This document shows, piece after piece, positions 37,606-44,710 of a stretch of DNA of 64,000 bases. Positions within the stretch are counted from its first letter, which is position 1. Every line of letters starts with the position of its first letter. The position numbers and the translations under genes were made by a program. The DNA comes from Acutalibacteraceae bacterium (GTDB lineage: Bacteria > Bacillota > Clostridia > Oscillospirales > Acutalibacteraceae): assembly GCA_045539375.1 (NCBI GenBank), contig JAZQFG010000050.1, forward strand, positions 68,589 to 132,588. The letters run 5' to 3'. The notes beneath the pieces were generated by a model that saw only the letters and a program-made list of their open reading frames with translations, did not search any database and was not told the DNA's origin.

Positions 37606-39927
37606 ATGAACTACGGACATTTTAATGAACAAGGAAATAAATTCATCGTCACTTCCCCCGATACCCCCCGTCCCTTTGACGTGATGCTGTTTAACGACGT
37701 GTGTTATGCCAACGTGCACCACACCGGTATCGGCTGCTTCGATTACCAGTACCCCGGTGAGGAGGGCATCCAGCTGTTCACCGGCGTGGGTCGTATCTGC
37801 GACTACGATATTTTCGGTAAGGAGCATCTGTACAGCCGCATTATCTACATTCGGGATAACGAGACCGGCAAGTTCTGGACCGTGAACTGGGAGCCTGTCT
37901 GTGCCGACGTGCAGTCTTTCTCCTGCACCCACGATCTGGCCTATACCACCATCGTCAATCAGACCGAGGACGTAAAGGCCACCCTGATCATCTCCATCCC
38001 CCCCGGAAAGGATGCGGTGGAGATGTGGCAGTTCAAGGTCGAGGACGTCAACGGCCGTCCCCGCGATCTGTCCATCTTCCCTTATTTCCAGCTGCAGTTT
38101 AAGTATAAGTGGGGCTTTGACAGCTATGGCGATATGATCTATCGCACCACCCGCTTTGACAAAGAGAATAATATGTTCCTGGCGGAGAAGCACCCCTACG
38201 TCAAGCCCCATAATAACCTGACCGCCTTCTTCACCTGCGATTATCCCGTATCCGGCTTTGACGGCAGCCGCCGTCTGTTTATGGGACAGTACGGCTCGGT
38301 GGCCAACCCCGTCTGTGTGAAGAACGGTGGCTGTAAGAATTCCGACGGCTCTGCCGAGGATACCATCTGCGCCCTGCAGTGGGACGTAAAGCTGAACGGC
38401 AACGTGCAGAATATTCAGTTCATTCTGGGTGCCGGCGACAGCGCCGCCCGCTGTTTGGAGCTGAAGAAGACCTATCTGCACAATATTCCCGCCTACACTC
38501 AGCTGGCTCAGCTGTACCGTGAGGGCGATCTGAAAAAGACGGTCATTAAGACGGGTGACGAGCATCTGAACCGTCTGCTGAACAACTGGACCAAGCTTGC
38601 CTGTCTGTACGGCGCTACTTGGTGTCGCTGGGGCTACAACGGCTACCGTGACATCGTGCAGCACGGTCTGGGTGCGGTCAACCTGAATCCCAAGCGCACC
38701 AAGGCCATTCTGCTGGAGGCGCTCAGTTATCAGCACGATTTCGGTATGGCGGTGCGTGGCTGGAATCCCATCGACGACCGTCCCTATTCCGACTCTGCTC
38801 TGTGGTCGGTATATACCCTGACCGCTTATATCAAGGAGACCGGCGACACCCCGTTCCTGTATCAGGAGATTCCTTTCCTGAACAACCCCGACGTAAAGGA
38901 CACTGTGCTGGGTCACGTGATCCGTGCCTTGGACTTCCTGGAGAACAATAAGGGTGCCCACGATCTGTTGCTCATTAAGTTCGGCGATTGGAACGATTCT
39001 CTTACCGGCGCCGGAAAAGAGGGCCGCGGCGAGAGCGTGTGGCTGTCGATGGCCTATGCCTATGCGCTGGGTCAGATGGCAGAGCTGTGCCGCTTTGTGG
39101 GCGAGGAGGATAAGGCGGCTGATCTGCAGGCACGCAGCGATGCGATGACCGCCGCCATCCGTGAAAACGCTTGGGAGGGCGACCGCTTTATCCGTTGCTT
39201 TGACGATAACGGCGGCTTGATCGGCTCCTCCACCAGCAAGTATGCTAAGCTGTTCCTGGAGACCCAGTCCTTTGCTCTGATCACCGGTATCGCCACCCCC
39301 GACCGCCGCGAGAAGATTCTGGAGAGTCTGAAGCGGGAGTCCTATACGCCGCTGGGCTATCTGTTGCTCAGCCCTGCCTATCAGGAGTTTGACGACCGTG
39401 TGGGTCGTTTGTCTGCTATGGAGCCCGGCATTGCCGAAAACGGCACCATCTACACCCATCCTAATATGTGGCTGGTGCTGGGTCTGCTGCGCAGCGGTAA
39501 GCCCGACGAGGCCTACGAGCTGTTCCGCCGCGTGGCCCCCGGCTATTACGAGGAGGACAACTACGAGCTGAAGAAGGACGCTCTGCCCTTCCAGTTTGCC
39601 AACTGCTTCTTCGGCCCCGAGCACCGTAACAACGCCTATCAGATGGAGTATAGCTGGATCACCGGCTCGGTGGCCTGGGTCCGTCTGGCGATGGAGGAGT
39701 GGATGCTGGGTATCCGTGCTGAGTACGACGGTCTGCACGTGGAGCCCTGCCTGCCCACCGATTTCGGCACCTATACGGTGGAGCGTATCTGGCGTCAGGC
39801 CAAGTATATCATCACCGTACAGCAGGGTGAGAACAAGGGTATGCTGGTGGACGGCGTTGCCGTAGAGGACACCGTTCTGCCCGCCTATGAGGACGGTCTG
39901 GTACATACCGTTACCGTAACCATCTAA
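37606..39927 (+). CDS. GH94-like glycoside phosphorylase (cellobiose/chitobiose phosphorylase superfamily)
   Basis: 773 aa. The N-terminus MNYGHFNEQGNKFIVTSPDTPRPF matches the M.YG.F....EY.IT.PDTPRPW start of GH94 enzymes. (alpha/alpha)6-type C-terminal region. Family assignment is from memory only. Confidence 0.65.
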   Translation: MNYGHFNEQGNKFIVTSPDTPRPFDVMLFNDVCYANVHHTGIGCFDYQYPGEEGIQLFTGVGRICDYDIFGKEHLYSRIIYIRDNETGKFWTVNWEPVCADVQSFSCTHDLAYTTIVNQTEDVKATLIISIPPGKDAVEMWQFKVEDVNGRPRDLSIFPYFQLQFKYKWGFDSYGDMIYRTTRFDKENNMFLAEKHPYVKPHNNLTAFFTCDYPVSGFDGSRRLFMGQYGSVANPVCVKNGGCKNSDGSAEDTICALQWDVKLNGNVQNIQFILGAGDSAARCLELKKTYLHNIPAYTQLAQLYREGDLKKTVIKTGDEHLNRLLNNWTKLACLYGATWCRWGYNGYRDIVQHGLGAVNLNPKRTKAILLEALSYQHDFGMAVRGWNPIDDRPYSDSALWSVYTLTAYIKETGDTPFLYQEIPFLNNPDVKDTVLGHVIRALDFLENNKGAHDLLLIKFGDWNDSLTGAGKEGRGESVWLSMAYAYALGQMAELCRFVGEEDKAADLQARSDAMTAAIRENAWEGDRFIRCFDDNGGLIGSSTSKYAKLFLETQSFALITGIATPDRREKILESLKRESYTPLGYLLLSPAYQEFDDRVGRLSAMEPGIAENGTIYTHPNMWLVLGLLRSGKPDEAYELFRRVAPGYYEEDNYELKKDALPFQFANCFFGPEHRNNAYQMEYSWITGSVAWVRLAMEEWMLGIRAEYDGLHVEPCLPTDFGTYTVERIWRQAKYIITVQQGENKGMLVDGVAVEDTVLPAYEDGLVHTVTVTI

Positions 39928-39935
39928 GAACCGAT

Positions 39936-39970
39936 AAAAGCGGCAAACCCTGCAGGGTTTGCCGCTTTTT
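39936..39970 (+). terminator. Rho-independent terminator
   Basis: GCGGCAAACCC-TGCA-GGGTTTGCCGC followed by TTTTT. Confidence 0.85.
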
Positions 39971-40088
39971 ATAAATGAAAGCCACGGGATCGTCGTGTGG
40001 TTCAAAAGGGCTCTGGCGGTGAAAAAACCGCTGTAGCGGAGAATTTCCTTTCACAGGGGATATTTTATTAAGCTCTGCCGAGAATAAA

Positions 40089-40116
40089 CCCCCTCGCTAT
40101 GCGGGGGGATTTTTTT
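40089..40116 (+). terminator. Orphan terminator-like hairpin upstream of spoVAC
   Basis: CCCCCTCGC-TAT-GCGGGGGG followed by TTTTTTT. No plus-strand CDS lies between it and the preceding terminator. Confidence 0.45.
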
Positions 40117-40154
40117 GCGTTGGGAGGATATACTACGGGCGAGGAGTGATGGAT

Positions 40155-40598
40155 ATGAACCCCACCGAAAAGGAATATCAGCAGATGACCAAAAAGGCGT
40201 CCCCCGGCTCTCCCGTGGTAAAAAATTGTTTGTTTGCCTTTGGTGTCGGCGGTTTTTTGTGCGCCTTGGGTGAGACGGCGTATCAGCTGATCGCCATGAC
40301 CGGTATGGAGCAAAAGACCGCACGGATGCTGGCCTCCGGCTTGCTGATTTTGCTGGCGGCGGTGCTGACGCTGCTGCAAGTGTTTGATAATATCGCCAAG
40401 CACGCGGGGGCCGGCACGCTGGTGCCCATCACCGGCTTTGCCAATTCGGTGGTCTCCCCGGCCATTGAGTTTAAGACCGAGGGTTTCATCCTCGGTCTGG
40501 GTGCTAAGATGTTCACCATCGCAGGGCCGGTGATCGTGTACGGTGTGTCTGCAAGTGTAGTGTATGGACTGATTTATTGGATAACCACATTATTTTAA
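40155..40598 (+). CDS. spoVAC: Stage V sporulation protein AC
   Basis: MNPTEKEYQQMTKKASPGSPVVKNCLFAFGVGGFLCALGE...PITGFANSV..PAIEFKTEGFILGLGAKMF matches SpoVAC end to end. The ATG at 40155 lies 8 nt after GAGGAG. Confidence 0.9.
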   Translation: MNPTEKEYQQMTKKASPGSPVVKNCLFAFGVGGFLCALGETAYQLIAMTGMEQKTARMLASGLLILLAAVLTLLQVFDNIAKHAGAGTLVPITGFANSVVSPAIEFKTEGFILGLGAKMFTIAGPVIVYGVSASVVYGLIYWITTLF

Positions 40599-40604
40599 CA
40601 AAAA

Positions 40605-40627
40605 GGCTTGACCAAATCGGTCAAGCC
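40605..40627. terminator. Bidirectional terminator hairpin (array hairpin 1)
   Basis: AAAAA-GGCTTGACC-AAATC-GGTCAAGCC-CTTTC, lying between the convergent spoVAC and the cassette-1 gene. Confidence 0.65.
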
Positions 40628-40634
40628 CTTTCTG

Positions 40635-41300
40635 TTATTCTGTAGTAAAGAAACCATCGCTAGTGGTAACATTTAAAATTCCGTAAGAAGAGAGTGTAGT
40701 CTTTGGTCCTGTTTCTTGGGGATATCTATAAGGCCACCAAGTTAAGAACTCTTCGGATACTTGATCAATAGGAGTATCGGGAAGGTAGAAAATGAATTCG
40801 GTACATTCTTGCTTTTTGCTGGGATCATACAGTCCATAAGGGGCACTTGCTATATAACGGATTTCATCCTCAATCCATTCTTCACCAACTACTTTTTCAG
40901 TTTTTACATCTGTTAAAGTCATTTGGTAGGAATACTCATCGACTTTTTTGATGTTCTCAAACTTTCCAGAAAAATCACAAATGTATGCACTACCCTTCGG
41001 ATAACCCTCACCGGTTTCGCCCATCTCTGAATCAAGATACCGTCCTGTAAATGTGCCATCACGGTTTAGTGTTATAGTTGTCCGCCAAGCCCCTGCACCA
41101 GAAAGAAAAGAGAATTCTATTGAATCTTGCGGTAAAGGTAAGGACTCTACTTCCGTGGTGTGTTTTGCTTCGGTGGATATTGTGGTTGTAGGGTCGTCAT
41201 CGGATATGCTTGGATTACTCTTTTGCAGTTCATTCGAACAAGCGGTTAAAAGCAAGAAAAGTAATGCTATGACGAGAATAATGCTTAATAACTTTTTCAT
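40635..41300 (-). CDS. Cassette 1 cargo: lipoprotein of unknown function
   Basis: MKKLLSIILVIALLFLLLTAC lipobox and a GAGGTGG RBS. Hand counts of 60-nt lines give about 38-45% GC, against about 57-65% in the flanks. Confidence 0.75.
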   Translation of the reverse strand: MKKLLSIILVIALLFLLLTACSNELQKSNPSISDDDPTTTISTEAKHTTEVESLPLPQDSIEFSFLSGAGAWRTTITLNRDGTFTGRYLDSEMGETGEGYPKGSAYICDFSGKFENIKKVDEYSYQMTLTDVKTEKVVGEEWIEDEIRYIASAPYGLYDPSKKQECTEFIFYLPDTPIDQVSEEFLTWWPYRYPQETGPKTTLSSYGILNVTTSDGFFTTE

Positions 41301-41321
41301 AAAACCACCTCACTTTATTTC

Positions 41322-41349
41322 ATTATACCACACCGCCGTTTTAATGTAA
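41322..41349 (-). promoter_or_regulatory. Candidate sigma-A promoter of cassette 1 (inside the conserved cassette backbone)
   Basis: The minus strand reads TTACAT, 16-nt spacer, then TGgTATAAT. The TSS would fall about 15 nt upstream of the ATG. Confidence 0.5.
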
Positions 41350-41389
41350 ATGTTATTTTAAATGGGTGTGTCCTATATTGACAGCAGCA

Positions 41390-41509
41390 GAGGGTTTCAT
41401 CCTCGGTCTGGGCGCAAAGATGTTCACCATCGCCGGCCCCGTTATCGTCTACGGCGTCGCCGCCAGCGTGGTTTATGGCTTCATTTATTGGATTACCACA
41501 TTGTTCTAA
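41390..41509 (+). pseudogene. Stranded copy 2 of the spoVAC 3' end (last ~39 codons plus stop)
   Basis: Encodes EGFILGLGAKMFTIAGPVIVYGVAASVVYGFIYWITTLF*. It aligns base-for-base with 40479-40598, with mostly third-position differences. There is no 5' part of the gene. Confidence 0.9.
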
Positions 41510-41516
41510 CGAAAAA

Positions 41517-41539
41517 GGCTTGACCCATCGGGTCAAGCC
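41517..41539. terminator. Array hairpin 2
   Basis: GGCTTGACC-CATCG-GGTCAAGCC, flanked by an A-run and CTTTCTC. Same stem as hairpin 1. Confidence 0.65.
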
Positions 41540-41545
41540 TTTCTC

Positions 41546-42187
41546 TTATATATCCAACAATTCCTTAAAATCATAAATATAAAAGTCGGTGGTGGCTTTC
41601 ATTTGCTCTACATAATCCTTCGAGGAATCGTCATATACGCCGCAGACCGACATACCCGCCGACTTTGCGGTTTTATCGGCATCAATATTGTCATCTAAAA
41701 ACAGAACATTGTCAACAGAGGTCTTCATTTTTGCAGCTGCCATAACATAGATGTTCGGGTCTGCCTTGGTTGTATTAAAATCGTCGCAGGACCAAATGTT
41801 ATCAAAGAGTTCCCACATACCCAGTCGCTTCAAGCAAGCATCCAGTGTAATGTGGGGACTGGCAGTTAGCACATTTAAGCTTGCCCCTTGCTGCTTTAGC
41901 TCTTGGAGAACGGATATCACATTGCTTTTTGCGGGAATGGTATAAAAATACGCGTCCAGCATATATTCTTTCATAGTAAGCATCAGCTGCTCCTTGGACA
42001 TTTGCAGACCTAACTGGTTTATGAAGTACTCGGCTGTACCGCTAAGTCCAAGGGGTGTAATAACTTTTACGATGTCATCCCCATAAGAGATGTTGTTTTC
42101 ATCCAAAATGCGGAGCATACAGGAGCAGAAAGTGGGCATAGAATCCACCAATGTTCCGTCAAAATCAAAAAGATAAAAAGATTTCAT
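41546..42187 (-). CDS. Cassette 2 cargo: HAD-IA family hydrolase (phosphatase)
   Basis: MKSFYLFDFDGTLVDS motif I and LFLDDNIDADK motif IV. The ATG at 42187 lies 6 nt after AAGGAGAG. AT-rich. Confidence 0.85.
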   Translation of the reverse strand: MKSFYLFDFDGTLVDSMPTFCSCMLRILDENNISYGDDIVKVITPLGLSGTAEYFINQLGLQMSKEQLMLTMKEYMLDAYFYTIPAKSNVISVLQELKQQGASLNVLTASPHITLDACLKRLGMWELFDNIWSCDDFNTTKADPNIYVMAAAKMKTSVDNVLFLDDNIDADKTAKSAGMSVCGVYDDSSKDYVEQMKATTDFYIYDFKELLDI

Positions 42188-42215
42188 TGTCAACTCTCCT
42201 TAAAATATCCCCATT

Positions 42216-42243
42216 ATTATACCCCGCCGCCGCGTTAATGTAA
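42216..42243 (-). promoter_or_regulatory. Candidate sigma-A promoter of cassette 2 (same backbone position as in cassette 1)
   Basis: The minus strand reads TTACAT, 16-nt spacer, then TATAAT. Confidence 0.5.
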
Positions 42244-42281
42244 ATATTTTTTCATCATTGTGTCCTATATTGACAGCAGCA

Positions 42282-42401
42282 GAGGGTTTCATCCTCGGTC
42301 TGGGCGCTAAGATGTTCACCATCGCCTGCCCCGTTATCGTCTACGGCATCGCCGCCAGCGTGGTGTATGGGGTGGTGTATTGGATAACGACTATAATATG
42401 A
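42282..42401 (+). pseudogene. Stranded copy 3 of the spoVAC 3' end
   Basis: Encodes EGFILGLGAKMFTIACPVIVYGIAASVVYGVVYWITTII*. The left junction is identical to that of copy 2. Confidence 0.9.
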
Positions 42402-42404
42402 AAA

Positions 42405-42429
42405 ACAGGCGGTCTAAATGACCGCCTGT
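42405..42429. terminator. Array hairpin 3 (different sequence)
   Basis: ACAGGCGGTC-TAAAT-GACCGCCTGT, preceded by AAAA. Confidence 0.6.
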
Positions 42430-42477
42430 TCAACTTTTATGTTCTTTCTATCCCTAACATTTCTTTGATCTGGGTAT

Positions 42478-44442
42478 TCACTCTACAAACATCCGGAAGT
42501 CGAAGGCTTTTGGCACGGATGCTGTGGTTGGGTCGAAGGTCAGACCGGCTTTCTTGGCTTTTTCACACTGGATATTCAGATAGAGTTCGGTGAGGGACTC
42601 CTCGCTCTCGCGGATGTCCTCCACCACCAAGCCGCCATCGCGGTAAAGTACGGCTTCGGCGGCGTCAACCTCACCTTGCCGCAGCAGGGCAAGTGCATAC
42701 AGCATACTGACCCGACCATCCTGTGCAACGGCTGCCGGCAAGGTTGTATACGTCCGGACAACCGCCTGCAGATCGTTCACGTACAGAGCTGCCCGCAGGG
42801 CCTCTCTGGTCAGGGGAATATCGTCAGTACATACACTCTGGGCCTCCAGCAGCGTGGAGGCGCAGGCTTGCTGCTCGCCGGCCATCCGCTGGATCTCAGC
42901 CAGCACGAACAGTGCAGCGGCCGAGCGGGAGAAGGCCACGGCTGCCTGTGCCGCCTTTTTAGCGGTCTCCAGCTGTCCTTGTACAGCGTAGATTGCCGCC
43001 AGGTGCAGTTGTTTTTCGTAGCTGTCCGGCGCCGCCTCCAACAGAGCGGTCCACTCCTTTTGCAGCATCCAGGAAACAGGGAAGGCACAAGCCTCCTGCC
43101 GCGATAGGCTGCCCTGTTGCAGTAGCGCATACCACGGCTGCTGCTCATCCTGTAACTGACCGAAATCCAGATACGGGCACAAGGGATCCTCATCCTGTAC
43201 TTCCCGGCGCAGCTGTTCCAGTTTGCCCCATCCGGAGCCACAGAAAACGGTCTTTGCCGGTGAGGTAGCCATTCCATGGGTATCCGCCAGCAGCTTGTTC
43301 AATGTTTCCGGGGAGACTTGTTCCCCGATTGCTGCGGCTGTCTGCTCAATGGCAGTATCCCAGTCACCGTTAACCGTGGACGGATCCATCGACACGGCAC
43401 CGTAGCATTCTACCCATTCCCAGGCGGTTTTTGGGGGCATAGGGATGCACTCATACTGTGTCTGCCCTACGCCCGCTTGGATCTCTGCATAGCGACGGGT
43501 GGTATCGTCTTCGGAGAGAAATTCCTGCCAGCGTGCACCACCCGGCCCCTGTCCCCAGACGAACAGCTTGCGCCCTCTCTGTCGGGCGGTGGAGGCTTGG
43601 AAAAAGCCATATCCATCCGGAGCAAAATAGGCCATGAATTTCCGCTCTTCAGGCGGGATTTTCCAGAAATAGTCCACTGCCACGGGGTTGTTTGTGGGGT
43701 AGCTGATGTCCCGCCCCTGATGAAGCGGCGCCTGCACCTTGCCGAGGACATAATTCTTATTGGTATAAGCGGCGTGGGCAGGGACGATCATGCGGTAGCC
43801 CTCGTCTTCCGGTACGGCGATGTTCGTCCACCAGTACATGGGGACCGTCTCTCGATTGGGGTTGACGATGCGCATACGACCGTACAGCACTTTAGAGTCG
43901 GCGGGCAGAAAGAAATCCATCTGATAGACGCAGGCGCGGATGCGTTCATATTCGTAAAAACGCAGCACCGGTGTGCCGTCTTCCAGGGCGGTCTGAGCCA
44001 TAAACATACGGTCGCAGGTGAAGGGGCCGTGCCCCACCATGCCGCAGTTGAATTCGATGCCGCCGGAGAGCCAGGCGTTGCGCAGTGCCAGATTACAAGG
44101 ACGGACGACGGTGTTTTCGTACAGCAGGTCTCGACCGGCTTTTTTATCGTACAGCGACCACAGACGTCCCCCCAGCTGGGGCAGAAATACTGCCCGCAGG
44201 TATTCGTTTTCCAGGACGGCTGCCGTATATTCTCGAGGTGTCAGTGTGCGGTCATAAAGATCCTGCATACGGTAAGGAAAGATGGACTGTAAAAACCCGT
44301 ATCCGATGTAAATCTCATCATCTTCATCCAAGGCGCCGCCGGTCATATTTTGCACGTTAGACACCGCGGCCAACGGGGGCAGTGACGAGACTCCGTGGAA
44401 ATCCGCAGACGGAATGATCATCTTTTCAAAATGCAAGCTCAT
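42478..44442 (-). CDS. Cassette 3 cargo: DUF5107-like beta-sandwich protein with C-terminal TPR-like helical repeats
   Basis: About 654 aa. The ATG at 44442 lies about 10 nt after GGGAGG. The N-terminal two thirds resemble DUF5107/aldose-epimerase-like proteins (from memory). The C-terminus is alanine-rich helical repeats. Confidence 0.55.
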   Translation of the reverse strand: MSLHFEKMIIPSADFHGVSSLPPLAAVSNVQNMTGGALDEDDEIYIGYGFLQSIFPYRMQDLYDRTLTPREYTAAVLENEYLRAVFLPQLGGRLWSLYDKKAGRDLLYENTVVRPCNLALRNAWLSGGIEFNCGMVGHGPFTCDRMFMAQTALEDGTPVLRFYEYERIRACVYQMDFFLPADSKVLYGRMRIVNPNRETVPMYWWTNIAVPEDEGYRMIVPAHAAYTNKNYVLGKVQAPLHQGRDISYPTNNPVAVDYFWKIPPEERKFMAYFAPDGYGFFQASTARQRGRKLFVWGQGPGGARWQEFLSEDDTTRRYAEIQAGVGQTQYECIPMPPKTAWEWVECYGAVSMDPSTVNGDWDTAIEQTAAAIGEQVSPETLNKLLADTHGMATSPAKTVFCGSGWGKLEQLRREVQDEDPLCPYLDFGQLQDEQQPWYALLQQGSLSRQEACAFPVSWMLQKEWTALLEAAPDSYEKQLHLAAIYAVQGQLETAKKAAQAAVAFSRSAAALFVLAEIQRMAGEQQACASTLLEAQSVCTDDIPLTREALRAALYVNDLQAVVRTYTTLPAAVAQDGRVSMLYALALLRQGEVDAAEAVLYRDGGLVVEDIRESEESLTELYLNIQCEKAKKAGLTFDPTTASVPKAFDFRMFVE

Positions 44443-44495
44443 ACTGCTATTTTCCTCCCAACTTAACATCTGGTATAGTATTGTTGTATCATGTT

Positions 44496-44663
44496 TTGAC
44501 AGGGGGTTTCAATAGCAAATTTTTTAGAATGTTATGGTTTATTTGGAAAGGTTCGGAAGGCAGGCTTCTATGGTGCGTTACCAAGATATTCACCATCGCC
44601 GGCCCGGTGATCGCCTACGGCGTCGCCGCCAGCGCGGTGTATGGGGTGATTGTTGGAGAATAG
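44496..44663 (+). pseudogene. Degenerate copy 4 of the spoVAC 3' end (junction motif, ~70-bp replacement, then last ~26 codons)
   Basis: TTGACAGGGGGTTTCA junction at 44496-44511. From 44583 it encodes KIFTIAGPVIAYGVAASAVYGVIVGE*. The track ORF 44481-44663 is a chimera of filler and this fragment. Confidence 0.8.
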
Positions 44664-44680
44664 CACTACCCTAACACAAA

Positions 44681-44705
44681 AGGCTTGAGCGGACGCTCAA
44701 GCCTT
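44681..44705. terminator. Array hairpin 4
   Basis: AGGCTTGAGCG-GAC-CGCTCAAGCCT followed by TTT. Related to hairpins 1 and 2. It also lies downstream of the convergent sdaA. Confidence 0.65.
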
Positions 44706-44710
44706 TTCGC

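Noticed and set aside
37603-40005. 800-aa minus-strand ORF
   Set aside because: Antisense to the GH94-like gene. It also runs through a strong terminator hairpin, and its composition is G/V/L/H/Q-biased.
40118-40154. Forespore (sigma-F/G) promoter upstream of spoVAC
   Set aside because: I could not find a convincing GnATA-N17/18-CATnnTA arrangement by eye, so it was left unannotated.
44481-44663. 60-aa ORF as a real small gene
   Set aside because: It is a chimera of filler sequence and the decayed spoVAC 3' fragment, and it has no RBS.
40479-44705. Possibility that the four direct repeats are a CRISPR array
   Set aside because: The repeats are ~120 bp, about 80% rather than 100% identical, and homologous to a protein-coding gene end. 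The 'spacers' are 0.8-2.2 kb and contain full genes. No cas genes are present.
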